A DNA stretch of 64,000 nucleotides from the human T2T-CHM13v2.0 reference genome, Homo sapiens: assembly GCF_009914755.1 (NCBI RefSeq), contig NC_060944.1. One strand, written 5' to 3'. How positions within the stretch are numbered: position 1 is the first letter of the stretch; every line of letters starts with the position of its first letter. Below are positions 1-16,466 of this stretch, in pieces. The position numbers and the translations under genes are program-made. The notes beneath the pieces are model-generated. The model worked only from the letters and a program-made list of their open reading frames with translations, was not told the origin of the DNA and did no database searches.

Positions 1-228
1 TGTGTAGACTTGTGAGTTAGCCTGTAATAGGTTTGAATACACATAACTGTAGTCATGTTACTTCCAAAATCCAGAGAAGCCTCTCAGTCACTCTGTTCTT
101 TCTGTGTGGTAGGCAGTACAAGGTATAGTTACCTGTTATTCCCTAAGAAACAGATATTCTTACATATCCCATTTTGTAATAGCTTCTACATTAATTAGGA
201 CCCTTGTATAAAACAGAAATCTGCTTCA

Positions 229-376
229 GGCTTGGTATGGGGGCTCACACCTCTAATCCCAGCATTTTGGGAGGCCAAGGTGGGAGATCACGTGAGCCTA
301 GGAGTTCAAGACCATCCTGGGCAACATAGGGAGACCCCATCACTATTATTAAAAAAGAAAGAAAGAAAAGAAAAAT
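229..376 (+). mobile_element. Alu monomer (FLAM/AluJ left arm)
   Basis: Alu left-arm sequence with A-rich tail; TSD AAATCTGCTTCA at 217-228 and 377-388. Confidence 0.85.
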
Positions 377-429
377 AAATCTGCTTCAAAGATCCACAAT
401 AGAGACTTTGTTGAACCGACTACTTACCT

Positions 430-830
430 CAGTTAGAGCAGGATTTAAAACCCCAGGAAAGGTTGCTGTAGTACTCAGATACCAGGAACAGTGAAATGCT
501 GTTACCATCCCCAGACCTGAAGGGACAAGGTGTATAATTTGCATTATTGAAGCCTAGAAAGAGCTGGTGCTGTGGAGAAGAGTTATCTGGTAGAAACTAC
601 ATTCACGCAGAATTAGGAAGAAAGCAGGGTATAGATATCAGGATTTATCTCTCTCTCCTTCAACCATCTGACCCACTGCCAGTGCCTTACATTAATCCAA
701 TTCAACTAGGAGCTAGCTGGCAGAGGAACCTGAATGATAAAGTCTTAGGAGTTCACCTCCTGGAGCACAGAACAGAGTACTGAAAGTCAGATAAAGGATT
801 TGTGTGGAGCTAACAGAATTATCAACACAT
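430..830. mobile_element. old ERVL-type LTR remnant
   Basis: Degenerate resemblance to LTR33/LTR16-like ends (..ggagcacagaacagag..acagaattatcaacaca). Confidence 0.35.
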
Positions 831-3086
831 TTTTCTTGTCCAATATAAGTCTTTTGCTTTAATTATTAATTTTATTTCATTACATATAACAGTGAAGATA
901 TGTTTAGTTTGAGTTTTGTCATCTTATGTAATGATCTCTGCTTTGAATGTTTTATTTTTTCACATTTTTCTATAATATGTCCTTTTGTATATGTTTGCAT
1001 TTGCCTTTCATAAGATTTTGTATGTTTGTGTATATGTATCAGTTATGATGATACACAGCAGAAAAAAAATTTTAATATCTGCAAATATATATAAAGTAGA
1101 GATGCACCAAATAGATATTTGGCTGAACACCGAAAGGCTGAGTATCAACGTCATTATTCACCTGAAGCTGAATATTACTATTGTAGAATGAATCCAAAGT
1201 TTTATGAAATTCAATTTTGAGTGCAATATTTGTTACTGAAATTTCAGTAATCAAAAATTTAAAGCTTGATATTATTCAAGGACAGTAATTTCTTGTCATT
1301 GTCAGCTACAAGATTGTTCCTGTGGTCATCATAGCATGGGCAGATGCTAATTTGTCTACCTTCCTATATCATACATAGGAGGAAGTTCCCACCAAATTAT
1401 TACACTTTCTTCCACTATAATATTAAAAAATAAAGTATATATATGAAGATTGTGGATTCTGAAAATGTAGTTGATGGTGACTATGGAGCTTCATTGAAGC
1501 AATACCCCAGCAACTGCAGCTTTGCACACTGACTATTTTTAGAAGCAGAATTAGAATTGATGCTTTGAAATACATATTTTTATGCTTCTATTTTCCTGCA
1601 CTTGTTCCATAATCACTTGAGAATATTTCTCTATAAACCTTAACTTTTAAATGTGGCAATGGAAAAGTGAAAATAGCTCTTAAGATAAAGCAATTGTCTC
1701 TGAATTTTCAGCTGCATCTAAACTTTCATGATGAAGCTAATTTCAGTAGGTTCTCCAGTTTAGGATGACAGGAAGAGCTTTACCACAGGTATCTTATAAG
1801 AAATATGTGCACTCTAATGGCATATTGTATGGTGATTTCATCAACAAATTATAGCAAACAAACTAATTTATCTCTAAGCAACCACTGGATCTTAATAAGT
1901 CCTGAGATGGAAGCTGTGCCATTAAGGTTTGTTCAAGCAGCTACTTTAATATTTAATCTGCCAATTTACCTTGTATAGGTTCATAACAAAGCAGTTCCAA
2001 AATTGTATGCCTGTCATGTAGTATATCTTTAGCTGAAGATTTTAAGATTTCACCAAGGTTAATTAACCCTTGGAAGTAAATACTCAGATATTAAAAATAA
2101 ATCTAAAGGATCATGAGGTCATTGATAACATATAAGCTTAGAGATGCCAGAAATGTGGGTGGATTAGATCAGTTTTCTAATCTGAACTCCCAAAATATGA
2201 GGGAAAACTAAAGGTGAATGGAGAATTGGGCTGATCCAGAGGGTAAACATGCACATACGTGAGTGCAAATGTGTGCTTGCATGAGATATGTGCCCTCCGT
2301 GGCCCTGAGAAAGTAGCGGCAGAGATAGACTTCTCAGGGAAACCTGGGCACTGTCCCTGCCTTTACACATTTGTCAGGTATATTGGCTCATGGGCTCATT
2401 CTCTTTATCAGAGAAAGATTACAGATTTCTGATATAAACACCAAAAGATCAGGTGATATATTATTGAAAGTTCACTGCCTATTTTAATCTGAGTAATATA
2501 AAATAATAATGGTATATGGATGGTCTGATGGCAATATTAGTTTCTTCTACTAGGTAGGGAAGGAGGTGTCTTTCTCTTTTTGTGAATTTGGGCCTTTGTT
2601 GTAAATCGGGAGTTGACATATTTCTGGAACATAAGGGAAAACAACATCCAACCAGAATCTAACCTTTTAATCCATCCAAGAGTTTACTTAATTCACCCAA
2701 TTAAAATATGGATTCTCTACAATACCTATTCATAATCTCTTTAGTCCATATTTTCTCCATTATGTCCAACTCCCACCATTCAGCTGTTGTTTTATTGTGA
2801 GAGCTATTTTTAAGATTGTAGAATTAATTACTTAAAACATGTACTCCCTAACTCTACAGGCTCATAAAGTTCATGTTCACCTCTGCATTCCAGTGATCAG
2901 AAAAAATATGGGGCATATTTCCAAATATAACTCCTTCACTGTCTCTTTTCAAAGGACATAACAGAGTGATAGAATTGAAGGAAGAGGGCAGATAATTTAA
3001 AAATATTATATAGGGGGCCACCTCTTGAAAAGGAAATCTAATATCCTACAGGAAGGCTCTGGCCCTAGGTTTTCATCTGTAAATCA

Positions 3087-3130
3087 TAGTTACTCTAACT
3101 CTTATAGTTACTCTAACTCTTCTAGTTACT
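3087..3130 (+). repeat. 18-bp tandem repeat x2.4
   Basis: TAGTTACTCTAACTCTTA / TAGTTACTCTAACTCTTC / TAGTTACT. Confidence 0.85.
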
Positions 3131-3736
3131 AGAGGGAAAATTTTCTTTATTCATCTTGCTGTGTTGTTCATCTTGGAAAGGGAAAGTAAAAGCTTTGTAA
3201 TAACACCTAAGATAATAATAGCCTCACAGATTACTATGATCATACAGGACAGTATGTTTCATAGTTTTACATTTCTTAAAATCTTGTCCACAAACAGAAA
3301 ATATTTGATGTAAAGAGTAGAAACCAATCTAAGAAGAAGAGCAAAGAAAAGCAACTAAAGATGCTTACCTTGAAAGAAAGAGGACTTAAGGCAACATTAG
3401 TTGTTTTCAAATATTTGAGGTGGTGGATACAAGTTTTAGGATGGCATATGTAAACTACTCTAAGGAATTAATAATTACTAGCATACATGGATTGCTTTAA
3501 GGGATGGGGGACACAAACAGCAGGGTCAAAACAAAGTCTTATGGTCAGGAATACTGTAGAGAAAATACGGCCATTGAATAGGGAGTTAGACTAATTAAGC
3601 TATATAGACCTTTTCAATTGTGATTAAAATTGTGTGAGTTATATGAAATTGTATGAGATAGTACTGATATTTAAGGATTATTGTATTATTTTCCTATTTG
3701 TCAGGCTAACAAAAGTGAAGGCAATGCATGATAAAT

Positions 3737-3930
3737 GTGGTATAGTGATGATTAGTAGATTTAGAGTTGCAAACACGGAGCTTGAACTCAGAATTCAGTT
3801 CTATCACTGACATTAGTAAACTAGAATAAATAATTAACTTATATGAGACTCAATTCATTTATTAAACATAATGATAATTATACTATATACCTCACAAAAT
3901 TATTATGTGAGTTAAATTAGGTAGCATGTA
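3737..3930 (+). mobile_element. MIR
   Basis: Degenerate MIR core (..actcaattcatttattaaac..tacctcacaaaattattatgtgagttaaat). Confidence 0.55.
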
Positions 3931-4432
3931 TTCAGTACAATGAACCCTTAGAAATGGCCTAATATGTGCACTTGTAATTGTGACAAGCTGAGTCACAAAG
4001 AGAGGAAAGTGGCAGTTGCGGCCTAAAATTTTGCTGGGTTTTTATGACACATACAGAGATAGCTATAATTCAACAGGGTAAATGCTATAACAGAGGTGAA
4101 TTTAAAAGTATCTTATGAACAAATGAAGTTGGGAAAGGTTGATTTTGGAGATGAATTAGAAAAACATGCAAAAAAGAAGTGCCATAAATCTTGCAAGACA
4201 AACAGTATTTAGGAAGTATGTAAAAATATACCAGAAATAGTCAGCATGCATAGATATTGAATAAAAATCTGCCTAAGCCCTCTCTCTGAAAAAAAATAAA
4301 ATAAAATATAAGCCCTTCATGGGGAACAACAAATAGTAAAAGCTGACTTGACTATGTATTTGAACACACTTGGTACGGTACATGGAAGGTAGCAGGTACA
4401 CAATATGTGCTTTTTTAAAAAACAGAGTGTTT

Positions 4433-5740
4433 GACTTCTGGTTCTGGCCATAATAAAATAATGGATTTCAGACTGAATCTTCTGCTGTAAACAACTATAA
4501 AACTAGACAAAATGTACCATGTGCCCATTTTAAAGCATTGTACAACACACAGCATAGAGTCGTGATCCTTGAAGTGAACTCCACATTTAAAGCTGGCCTT
4601 TTATATAGGGATACTTCCAAAACTGCAGGAAAGCAAAGAGGAGCCCAAATAGATCACAGCAATTTTTCTGAATGGAGAAACCAATTGTAGGATGCAGCTG
4701 AGGTGGCTGGAATTTATGAAGAACATTCCAGAGAAGAAAGAGTAGAACTGAGAAAGAGATCTAAAAATCTACAAATGAGTCTTCTTGAATTTTTTGAGTG
4801 AACAACATATTATGTATGTACAGAGTAAGATTTCACAAGGCCACACAGAGAACTGTTTCTAAGGGGCCATGAGCGGAATGAGGATTTCACTGGTTCAACA
4901 ATGTTGAAAGCCATTAGAGTTTCAACCAGTCAAAGTGAAAGGACTCACTGAGCATCTCCCAGGGTTTAAATAAGAACTCAGAAAAGTCAGCTTCCAAAGT
5001 AGGGCTCATCTACTCCTATCAGAAGAAATACTCTTAAATCAGCCTTAAAAACTTAAAAATAAGCACCAACTGGATCAAACTAATGTGCCAGTAAATTAAC
5101 TGTCTGCTCAAAATAAAATTCAACACACTTCTACCAAAGACGGAAGTCTAGAATCTAAATAATATAGTATGAAAAATGTCAAATATAAAACAAAAACAAT
5201 TATTAAACATGCAAAAATAGCAGAAACCTATGAGAAAATTAGGAGAAAAATAAGCAATAGAAACAGACCTAAGATAGCCAGGATGTTGTTAAGAATGAAA
5301 ACAAGCATTATTAAGCTGGTATTAAAATATGTCCAAGGATTTAGAGGAAAAGAAGAAAAACAGTGGAGAGATGTAGAATATCAACACAGTCATACAATTC
5401 AAAATTCGTAATTGTAGGCGGGCAAAAAGGCATGTAATAGAAAAGGGAATAATGATAAAAATACTTCTGACTTCTCTTCAGAACAAATGTAAGCTAAATG
5501 AAAATCTAAAAATTATTTAAAGTATAGAGAAGAAATAATAAGTCGTTTCAGAATTATATATACAGTGAAAATAATCTTCAAAAGGCAAAATTAACACTTT
5601 AATAAGGTTAAAATAATAGGTGAAAGAATATATTACCTCCAGAAAAGCACTACAAGAAATGTTGAAGCATGCTTTTCAAGCACAAGAGTAGTGATAAAAA
5701 ATATAAATTCACATCTACCAAAGATGTGGAGTGCTACTGG
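4433..5740 (+). mobile_element. ancient L1M 5'/ORF1 region
   Basis: Begins gacttctggttctggcc.., A-rich with decayed ORF1-like segments. Confidence 0.5.
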
Positions 5741-6375
5741 GGCACAAGGACAGATAGGTTTTCCTTAAGGGACAATGACAACAACAAAGAATCTAAAGTT
5801 TCAACAGGAAAACACATAATTTTTCTCATCCTGAGATGATAGTTTTAATATCCCGATTTAGTAATTGTCGTATCTGATTATCTTTGTCAGAAAAACTAAC
5901 ATATACAAGTTTTTTAAGCCCAAAATATGAAGTCTTTTTATCACTTCATTGAGTCACGAGCTGCTATGGTTACCAAGAGAAAAGATTTTTGGAGCCCAAA
6001 GACTTCTCAGGCTTATTTTTCTCTCCATTTCTTACTTCTGTGCCTTTAAAGATATTACAAAGGAATTTAAGAGCACCCATTGTAGGGCAAAAGTGAAGAA
6101 AAAAATTAACTGTGGGTATGTTATGATCAATTGCTTGTATTAGTTATGAAGCCAGGTATCTAAGAATGTCCTTATCCAAACAACTGTATTTAGCATAAAA
6201 AATACTGGAAAAGTGGCTTATCAATTTCAAAAACTTATCTCTGCAAATATTATATAATGGAATTTGTTTTCCAGTATCTTATATAGCAATGTCATCAAGT
6301 TTGTAAACTGGATAATCTGCTAATTATTTTATGAGAATGGCAGAAGTCATTTAAAGTAGCCACATTCAACTCTGA

Positions 6376-8681
<2,306 letters not shown>

Positions 8682-8859
8682 ATATTTACCTAAAAATCAA
8701 TATGACTGCTTAAATAAATAAATTGCAAATTATTCTAAGAATACATGATTATGAAATATTTTCAAGCCTAACAGAAATAAAGATAACAGTATAATTATTC
8801 TTGATAACCCCAAGCTGAAGAGAACTCAAAGGCCCGCAAAATTGGAAAATGGGTTGTAA

Positions 8860-9175
8860 AAGCTGTGATATAGTCAAATAATTGGAAACTACTCAAAAGT
8901 ACTACAAAAAAAGACACCAAAAGTATGTATTGTATGATCACATCCATATAAAGTTTCAGAATGGGCAAGATCAATCTGTAGTGATAGAAACAAGAATAAT
9001 GGCTGGAGGGTGACGGGAATTGATTATTAAGTGGCATGAGAAATTTCTGAGGTAATGTCAATGTTCTATGGGCTGTGAGTGGCTCTATCATGTATTTTTA
9101 TCAAAAGTCATTGAATAATGATTTAAAAATTGTGCATTTCATCTTATCTAAAGTATACCAAAATTAAAAACAAGG
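8860..9175 (+). mobile_element. L1ME/L1MC 3' end
   Basis: ..gtatgtattgtatgatcacatccatataaagtttcaga..ttctgaggtaatgtcaatgttct.. is typical of old L1 3'UTRs. Confidence 0.6.
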
Positions 9176-9412
9176 AAAAAATGCTATCAAAAAGTATGGA
9201 AAAGTAAACTTTCGCACATTAGTCTCAAAAACCAATGATTTCTGATATTCTTTTTACTCTATCAATGTTTTTCATTTTGAATCATCTAGGTTTTTCTGTA
9301 TTACTGTACTTCAGCTCAGAGACTGAATACTTAACAAAATGCAGAGTATGAATTTCAGTGAAGTAATGGCCAAAAAAATTGGCCATAAACAGATTATTGT
9401 GAGATTAGTATT

Positions 9413-10018
9413 TGTGGTATGCACAGTAGCCTCCCAAAGATGTCCACATCCTCATTCCTGGAATCTGTGAATATGGCAAAATGGACTTTGTAGCTGTAAC
9501 TAAGGTTACAAACTTTAAGATAGGGCAAGCATCTTTAAGTATCCAGGTGAACCCAATCTAATCATATGACCCCTCAAAAGCAGAGAACATACTTCAGCTG
9601 GAGAAAGAGAGGCTTGGCAGAGGGAAGGTTCGGAGGCGTCATTGCTGGTTTTGCGATGTAGAGGCTCACATAGGAAGTCTGGAGACAGGTTACTAGGAGC
9701 TGACACCAGCAACCACCAGTTGACACAGGCAAGAAAACAATGACGTATAACTGTACAAGATACTGGGAATGGTGATACAACTGCAAACAACTAAATTCTG
9801 CCAACAACCTTAATAAATCTGGAAATGTACTCTTACCAGAGCTTCCCAATAAGATCCCTGTTGATTGTCACCTTCGTTTGGACCTTGCCGGATGTTGAAC
9901 AGGGGAGCTGGTTGAGCCCACTGCGACTTCAGACCTACAGAAGTGTGAGATAATAATTTATGTTGCTGAAGCCATTAATTTACTTTAAATTGTCATGGTG
10001 CCAATATAAAACAAATAC
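9413..10018 (+). mobile_element. MLT1D/E MaLR LTR
   Basis: tgtggt..cctcccaaagatgtccacatcc..gacctacagaagtgtgagataata..aaacaaatac. Confidence 0.8.
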
Positions 10019-10149
10019 TTTATTTTATAATGAGACTGGATAACGAAGGGCTTGTGTTGATTTTCAAGGAGATTGAAAAATATATCTCATAAATCTAGTG
10101 AAAACATGAAAGTTCTGGGGAGGATGAAATTGATAATATCTTTTCTATT

Positions 10150-10490
10150 TGTATGAGTCCGGTTTTGCACTGCTGTCAAGAACTACGTGAGACTGGGTAG
10201 TTTATAACGAAAAGAGGTTTAATTGACTCACAGTTCTGCATGGCTGGGGAGGCCTCAGGAAGCTGACAATCATGGCGGAAGGTGAAGGGGAAGCAGGCAC
10301 CTTCTTCACAAGGTGGCAGAAGAGAGGGAAGTAGGAGCACAGGAAAAAACTGCCTCTTTTAAAACCAAAAGATTTCGTGAGACTCTCTATCAGGAGAACA
10401 GCATGGGAGAAATCCCCCCGCCGCATAATCCTATCACTTCCCTCCTTCAACACGTGGGAATGGGTAGGGACACAGAACAAAAGCATAGCA
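10150..10490 (-). mobile_element. THE1/MSTA MaLR LTR
   Basis: gaggtttaattgactcacagttctgcatggctggggaggcctcagg motif. Confidence 0.9.
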
Positions 10491-12049
10491 GCATTTATGT
10501 TAATTCTGCTACATCATTCCTCTTAGACCATCTCTCTCCGTTTTGTTTTCCTAGAATAGCCCATTGCTTGTATTAAAATCATTTCTAGGTATAAACTTTA
10601 TTCTCAGTAAAACCTTGAAAATGTGAATATACTTGGCATTTTTACTTCGTCAACACAGAAGAAAATTCTGTACAAAGCCAAAATTCTTCTTTTGATTGCC
10701 CTCGTAATATAGGAAAAAAAGATGGAAATATAAATATTTTATATGAAAACTAAAATCCTCTGATATGGCCTCAAGGCATGTTGGTCAGCCTCATCCCTTT
10801 CACAAACTGGCATCAGTGACTGCTACTCTCAGTTTCCTTCCTTGTTTCCTTCCATATACTCTCCCTATTCCTCCCCCAAAATCATTACTTCTAGTTAAAA
10901 TCGATCTTTCCTTCCATTTTTCATTCTTGTCACCATTTTCAGGAAAGAGCTATTGCCCCTTTCTTTGATCAAAGGCAACTCCCCAAGTACAATGTTTTTT
11001 TTTCTTGCCTGAGGAAGGTTATTTTTTCATGTTGGAAAGAAATGAAAGATTAGAAACCAAACCACACACAATCTTGCACACTGTAGTCACCAAGGAGGTA
11101 ACTTTCCACCATTACTTGAGACAAATGCGTGTGTGCGTTTTTAATCTAGTCTGACCTCAGAGCCTCTAAATAGATGAAGAAATACCTGTGTAATTGAAAA
11201 AAAAAAACTGTTCTCTCAGCCATTATTCAAAGGACACTAACTCAAATAAGAAATCTTAAAGCTCTTTAAAATGCAAAAACATTTTCTTGGTGGAACATCA
11301 AATGATAGCTTATTCACATTAATTCCATAATTACAACAAGCCCCAGTGAACAGGTCTGGCTATTTTTCATTGAAAACAAAAAAGTATAACAATCATAGAA
11401 CACCTGAATTTATTGGCTTTAATTAAGCGTGTTTGTTCTAAACTGATGTAATTTAGGCACAATCCATAGAAAAGAAAATATATTGTATATTCAGTACTGA
11501 TTTGCCTGTCCATATAAGAATATTTACAGTCTAGTGAAAATTAGCCTGATGTTATATACAGAAAAGTATAAAACCTCTAATAACATTATTTTTTTCATTT
11601 AAAGACAAAGGTTTAAAATAAACTTCATATATTATAAAGTCAGCTAAAGTTATTTTTATTTCTCTTAACTAAATACACTGAGATTTTAGAAGAAAAATAT
11701 AAATTTCTGAAATTTTATACATTATCAAAACAATTTCACTGAAGAATGGGGTTTCGATCAGGAATCACAGTGTTTCTAAGAAGCCTATTGATTACTTTCC
11801 TCCAACTATTATAAGTAACTAATAAACTATTTTTGCTCTGTTTGAAATATTAAACTAATATTAAATATAACTGAACCAACTCAATGGATGAACTCTAGCA
11901 TTGAGGTATGTCTATGTAACGTATTTGTGATTATAGCAATAAAAGAAATGCATTTCAATTTTTTTTCAGTTTCTACTATATACTAGCTAATGGATTAGCT
12001 TTGTAGTAGTAAGTTGAAGAATGGGAAGCAGAAATAGAGTTGAAAAGAT

Positions 12050-12255
12050 AAATGAAATTTATTAAGTCCATGCTGTGGACTAGGTGTATGATGGACTTTC
12101 TGTACATATTTATTTATATAAGAATCTTATAAATTAAAAAATTATACTCAATATATAAGAAAATTGAGACTCAGACAAGTAAAATAACCCATTCAAGTTT
12201 ACATAAGTGGGTTTTCAATCCTTATTCATCTAGTTCCAGTGCCCATGACCTGGCT
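12050..12255 (-). mobile_element. MIR
   Basis: gaaaattgagactcaga..aaataacccattcaag, MIR core in reverse. Confidence 0.5.
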
Positions 12256-14483
12256 CTCTGGAAGGGAGACAAACTGAGGAAGAGAAAAAGTAAAATAAGC
12301 AGTGAAGGCAGAAATTGCTAAACTCTGTAGTGCTATCAGGGGCACATGGGCATCTTCCTGGAACTAGCACTATGAGAGTGTAGCCCTCTCCCTACATAAA
12401 CACCATTTCTTCATAGTGAACTATAGAGAAACTTAGAAGGCAAGACCTCAACTGCCTAAGTGGACATAAATGTAAAATTTTTAGGTCTTGTGCAGGTCCT
12501 GACTCAGAGTGAAGAACGTGAAGCCCTTGCTGCCTCAGGTGAGGAACCTAAATGGATGTCAAATAAACTCAGTAATCAAGGTAAATGATAATGTAATATT
12601 TTATTAAATCAAAATTAATGCAGGAAATCCATGATGAACAACATATTAACATTTTAAATAAAGACAAAATCAATATTACTGAGGTTTTCTTTCACTTCAT
12701 GCTTCTAATGTGGCTTGGCAATGGTGCTGTGTTGTTACTGATCCTATCAGACTACTGAGCATCTGCTAGAGATGATAACAGTAGAGTCAAAGGGTGAGTC
12801 AAAGAGTGCGTACATTTAAAATTCAGATAATAATCATATTTAATGACTACAGCTTGAGGTTTTAAAATTTCTTCATATCTGTAGGTGTAGTGTCTTTATC
12901 TATTTTAAAAATTTCCTTCTTTCTTTCTACTTTTCTTGGAAATTGTCAAAAGTGTACTGTATTAGCCTTTTCAGATACCATACTTTGAAAATATTTATCA
13001 TGTACTCTATTTTTTGTTTTTATTTAATAATTTTATGCTCATCAATTCCACCTATATCTTTTCTGCTAGATAGTCTACACATTAGTTTTCAACTTGAAGT
13101 TGTTTTTTAAATGTCCAAGTCCTCTCACATTTTGTATGCATATTATAGTTTTTCATATTCTATTTGTGTTGAAAACTCTTATTCCAAGAGCCTTTACTCA
13201 CTAATACTGGATGATGGATAAATTGTGTTGTGGGTGTTCCCATGGATTTTCTTTTGCATATGTGAGTTTCCTATTCCTCTGGGGGGAGTGTAGCTATGTG
13301 TGTTAATAAACGAAAATGATTCAAGTCATTATAAACAAGATAATGTGTAGAGTGCAGGCAATGATATCTTGAAAAAGAATAATTGGCACTGACATTGATA
13401 ACTCAAATTGGAATAAAAGAGAATTAAACGTTCACTATCATGTAGTGATTCCTTAAATTAAGGAAGGATTTGGATGTAGATTTATAGAGGAAACATGTTA
13501 CCAGGACATTCTTAAGAAAATAAAAGGATGGCTGAAAAAATTATGTAAAACCTGAAGGGTCATTCAAGCAACAAATAGACATAAGAGAACTCAGATAACA
13601 TCACCCCAAAAATCTAGCCAAAGAATGAGCCAAAATAAGGAGAAAGTAAAAAGAGACATTTTATGAAATGACAGATGAACAATAAGTCCTATAAATACAG
13701 CACATAGATTAAGCAACTAAAGAAAACTTCTTGCAGTCTACAGAAAAAAAGTCATAAATTTTAGTAAAACAAGAATAATGCAAGTTACAAAACTCCAGAG
13801 GTTGCAGAAGAGAATTAAAAAAAAACTGTCCTCACATAACCTCTTATAAAAAGATGTAGACTGGAGCAGTCTAAAAATAAAATCTGAAGGTAAAATAGAA
13901 ACCACAGGAACTTCTACCAGTAACTGCAGATTTGTAATTGATATCAATTCTCCCATGGAACACAACAAAATTTTCTTTGAGACACTAAGTGTTAACAAAA
14001 CCATGGAAAATTGCAAAGCCCAGATCCAAGAGATGAGCTTGGCATTGAGCATCACTTTTCAGCTCAAGATTTTTACTGATTCTAGGAAGTTAAAAAATAG
14101 ATTGCAAAACTAAGGAATACTTTTGGCAGCAAAATGCATGTAACTGTGAGTGTGCAAGGGAATATGGTGGGGAGAATTGGAGCACAGTACCCTCCAGGCT
14201 TTGAGGTGGGGGCAAGGACTACACTCGATAAAGACCAGCCCACTCGGGGACATAATCCTAGTGTCTGATTATCTGTACAATTATGGATGCATTAAAGTAA
14301 CCTGCTAGTGTCCTTAGCTTACTGCAAAGAGCAAATGTAATTCCTCTGTAGAGAATGTTAACATTTCCAGGGCCTCAAATTACTCTCAGTTTTTCATATA
14401 TAATGCCTAGTACTCAATTTAAAAATACATGTAAATAAATACATGATGAGATATGATGAAGAAATTATTGAAAAAAATGAGGA

Positions 14484-15149
14484 TGATGTGGTTTGGCACT
14501 CTGTCCCTGCCCAAATCTCATCTTTAATTGTAATCTCCACGTGTTGAAGGAGGGACTTGGTGGGAGGTAATTGGATCATGGGGGTGGTTTCCTCCATGCT
14601 ATTCCGTGATGGTGAGGGAGTTGTCATGAGATCTGATGGTTTTAAAAGTGGCAGATTTGTCCAGTGCAATGGATCACACCTGTAATCCCAGCACTTAGGG
14701 AGGCTGAGGTGGGTGGATCACTTCAGATCAGGAGTTCAAAACCCGCTGGCCAACATGGCAAAACCCCATCACTACTAAAAATACAAAAAAAATAGCGGGT
14801 ATAGTGGCACACGTCTGTAATCTCAGCTACTCAGGAGGTTGAGACAGGGGAATCACTTGAACCTGGGAGGTGGAGGTTGCAGTGAGCCGAGATCACACCA
14901 CTGCACTCCAGTCTGGGCTACACAGCAAGACTCTGTCTTAAAAAAAAAAAAAAAGTGGCAGTTTTTCCTGCTCTCTCTCCTGCTGCCATGTAAGATGTGC
15001 ATTGCTTCTCCTTTACCTTTTGTCATGATTGTATGTTTCCTGAGGCCTCCCCAGCCATGCAGAACTGTGAATCAAGTAAATCATTTTTATTTATAAATTA
15101 CCCAGTCTCAGGTAGTATCTTTATAGTAATTTGAAAACTGACTAATACA
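14484..15149 (+). mobile_element. MSTA/THE1 MaLR LTR interrupted by an Alu
   Basis: tgatgtggtttgg..cccaaatctcatc start and ..actaataca end. Confidence 0.88.
14659..14950 (+). mobile_element. AluS inside the MaLR LTR
   Basis: Full dimer; TSD AAAAGTGGCAG(A/T)TTT at 14644-14658 and 14951-14965. Confidence 0.92.
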
Positions 15150-15235
15150 ACAGACATATAAGAGAAAAATCAACAAAAAAAAAGTTTTGCCTGGAAAAAA
15201 ATAATGAACCTCTTTATAATTGCATAATTATAGTA

Positions 15236-15558
15236 CAGGTGTTCCTCAACTTATGATAGAGTTACATCCTGATAAACCCAATATAATTGAAAATATCATA
15301 AGTAGAAAATGCTTTTAGTATACCCAACCCGCCAAACATCATCGCTTAGCCTAACCTACCTTAAACATGCTCAGTGCACTAACATTAGCCTAAAATTGGG
15401 CAAAATTATCTAACAGAAAGCCTACTTTATCAGAAAGTGTTGAATCTCTCATGTAGTGTATTGAATATGGTACATTATTTTGAAATTGTGATTGTTTTGC
15501 AGTATTGTAAAGTCAAAAAATTGTAAGTCAAACCATCATTAAGTCAAGGACTCTCCGT
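15236..15558. mobile_element. Tigger-family MITE (MER47-like)
   Basis: TIR-like ends caggtgttcctcaacttatgat..atcattaagtcaaggactctccg flanked by TA. Confidence 0.75.
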
Positions 15559-15579
15559 ATATTTAAACTGTTTTATACA

Positions 15580-15580
<1 letters not shown>

Positions 15581-15617
<37 letters not shown>

Positions 15618-15624
15618 TACACAC
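15581..15624 (+). repeat. (AC)n microsatellite
   Basis: ~16 perfect AC units plus an imperfect tail. Confidence 0.95.
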
Positions 15625-15679
15625 GGAGAAAGAGGGGAAGAGAGTGACAGAAAGATAAACAGTGAGACAGAAAGAAAGA

Positions 15680-16455
15680 CCAGAAATTACCAGTGTGAGA
15701 AATTAACAAAGGAGAGGACATCACTACAGTTTCTGTAGACATCAAAACAAGTATAAAAGATTTATAGTGGCCCCAGCTAGTGGGATAAGGCAATTAAAAG
15801 AAGTTAAATTTGTAAATATTGAAAAGGAAAGTAAATGCTTTTTTGGAGATGGCATGGCTATGTACAAATGTCAAAAATTATCTACAAACAATTAGAAATA
15901 AAAGCCAGTTTGGTAAGGTGACTGGATTTATAACAAATGCACAAAAAGCAAAAATCAATTGTATACCTATTACAATTTTGTTTGATAAAGTAGAAATAAT
16001 TCATCACAAACAAGGACAGAAAAGAAAGGGAATAAACACGTCCTTAAATTTTGTACCCTAGGTGCCTCTCTTGCTTCACCCAAGGCTCAGTCCTGATGAA
16101 AATGGCTCATTATTTGTTAGAGAAATTTAAATTAAAACTGTAATGACATACCATTCTACACATACTAGTTTGTCTAACATTAAAAGACTAACAATAACGA
16201 TTACAAATGAAGATACAGAACAAGGGAAATTCTCATAGACTGTTGGAGAAAAAGTAAATGGATGCAGCTACCCACTTACATATTTATACCACCAGATACA
16301 AGCAAGGATGTACATAGCAGCATTATTTGTTTAAAAAAAGATGAATTTTTAAAATTGCATATTGAATATTATTCAGCAATGAAAATGAACAAATTAGAAC
16401 TACATGTAACAACATAGGTCAAACTCACAATACATAATGTTAAGCAGTAAAATAA
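15680..16455 (+). mobile_element. old L1M ORF2/3' fragments
   Basis: Degenerate L1 motifs (aaaatcaattgtatacct; attaaaactgtaatgacatacca; gaatattattcagcaatgaaaatgaac). Confidence 0.55.
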
Positions 16456-16466
16456 AATAAATGGGT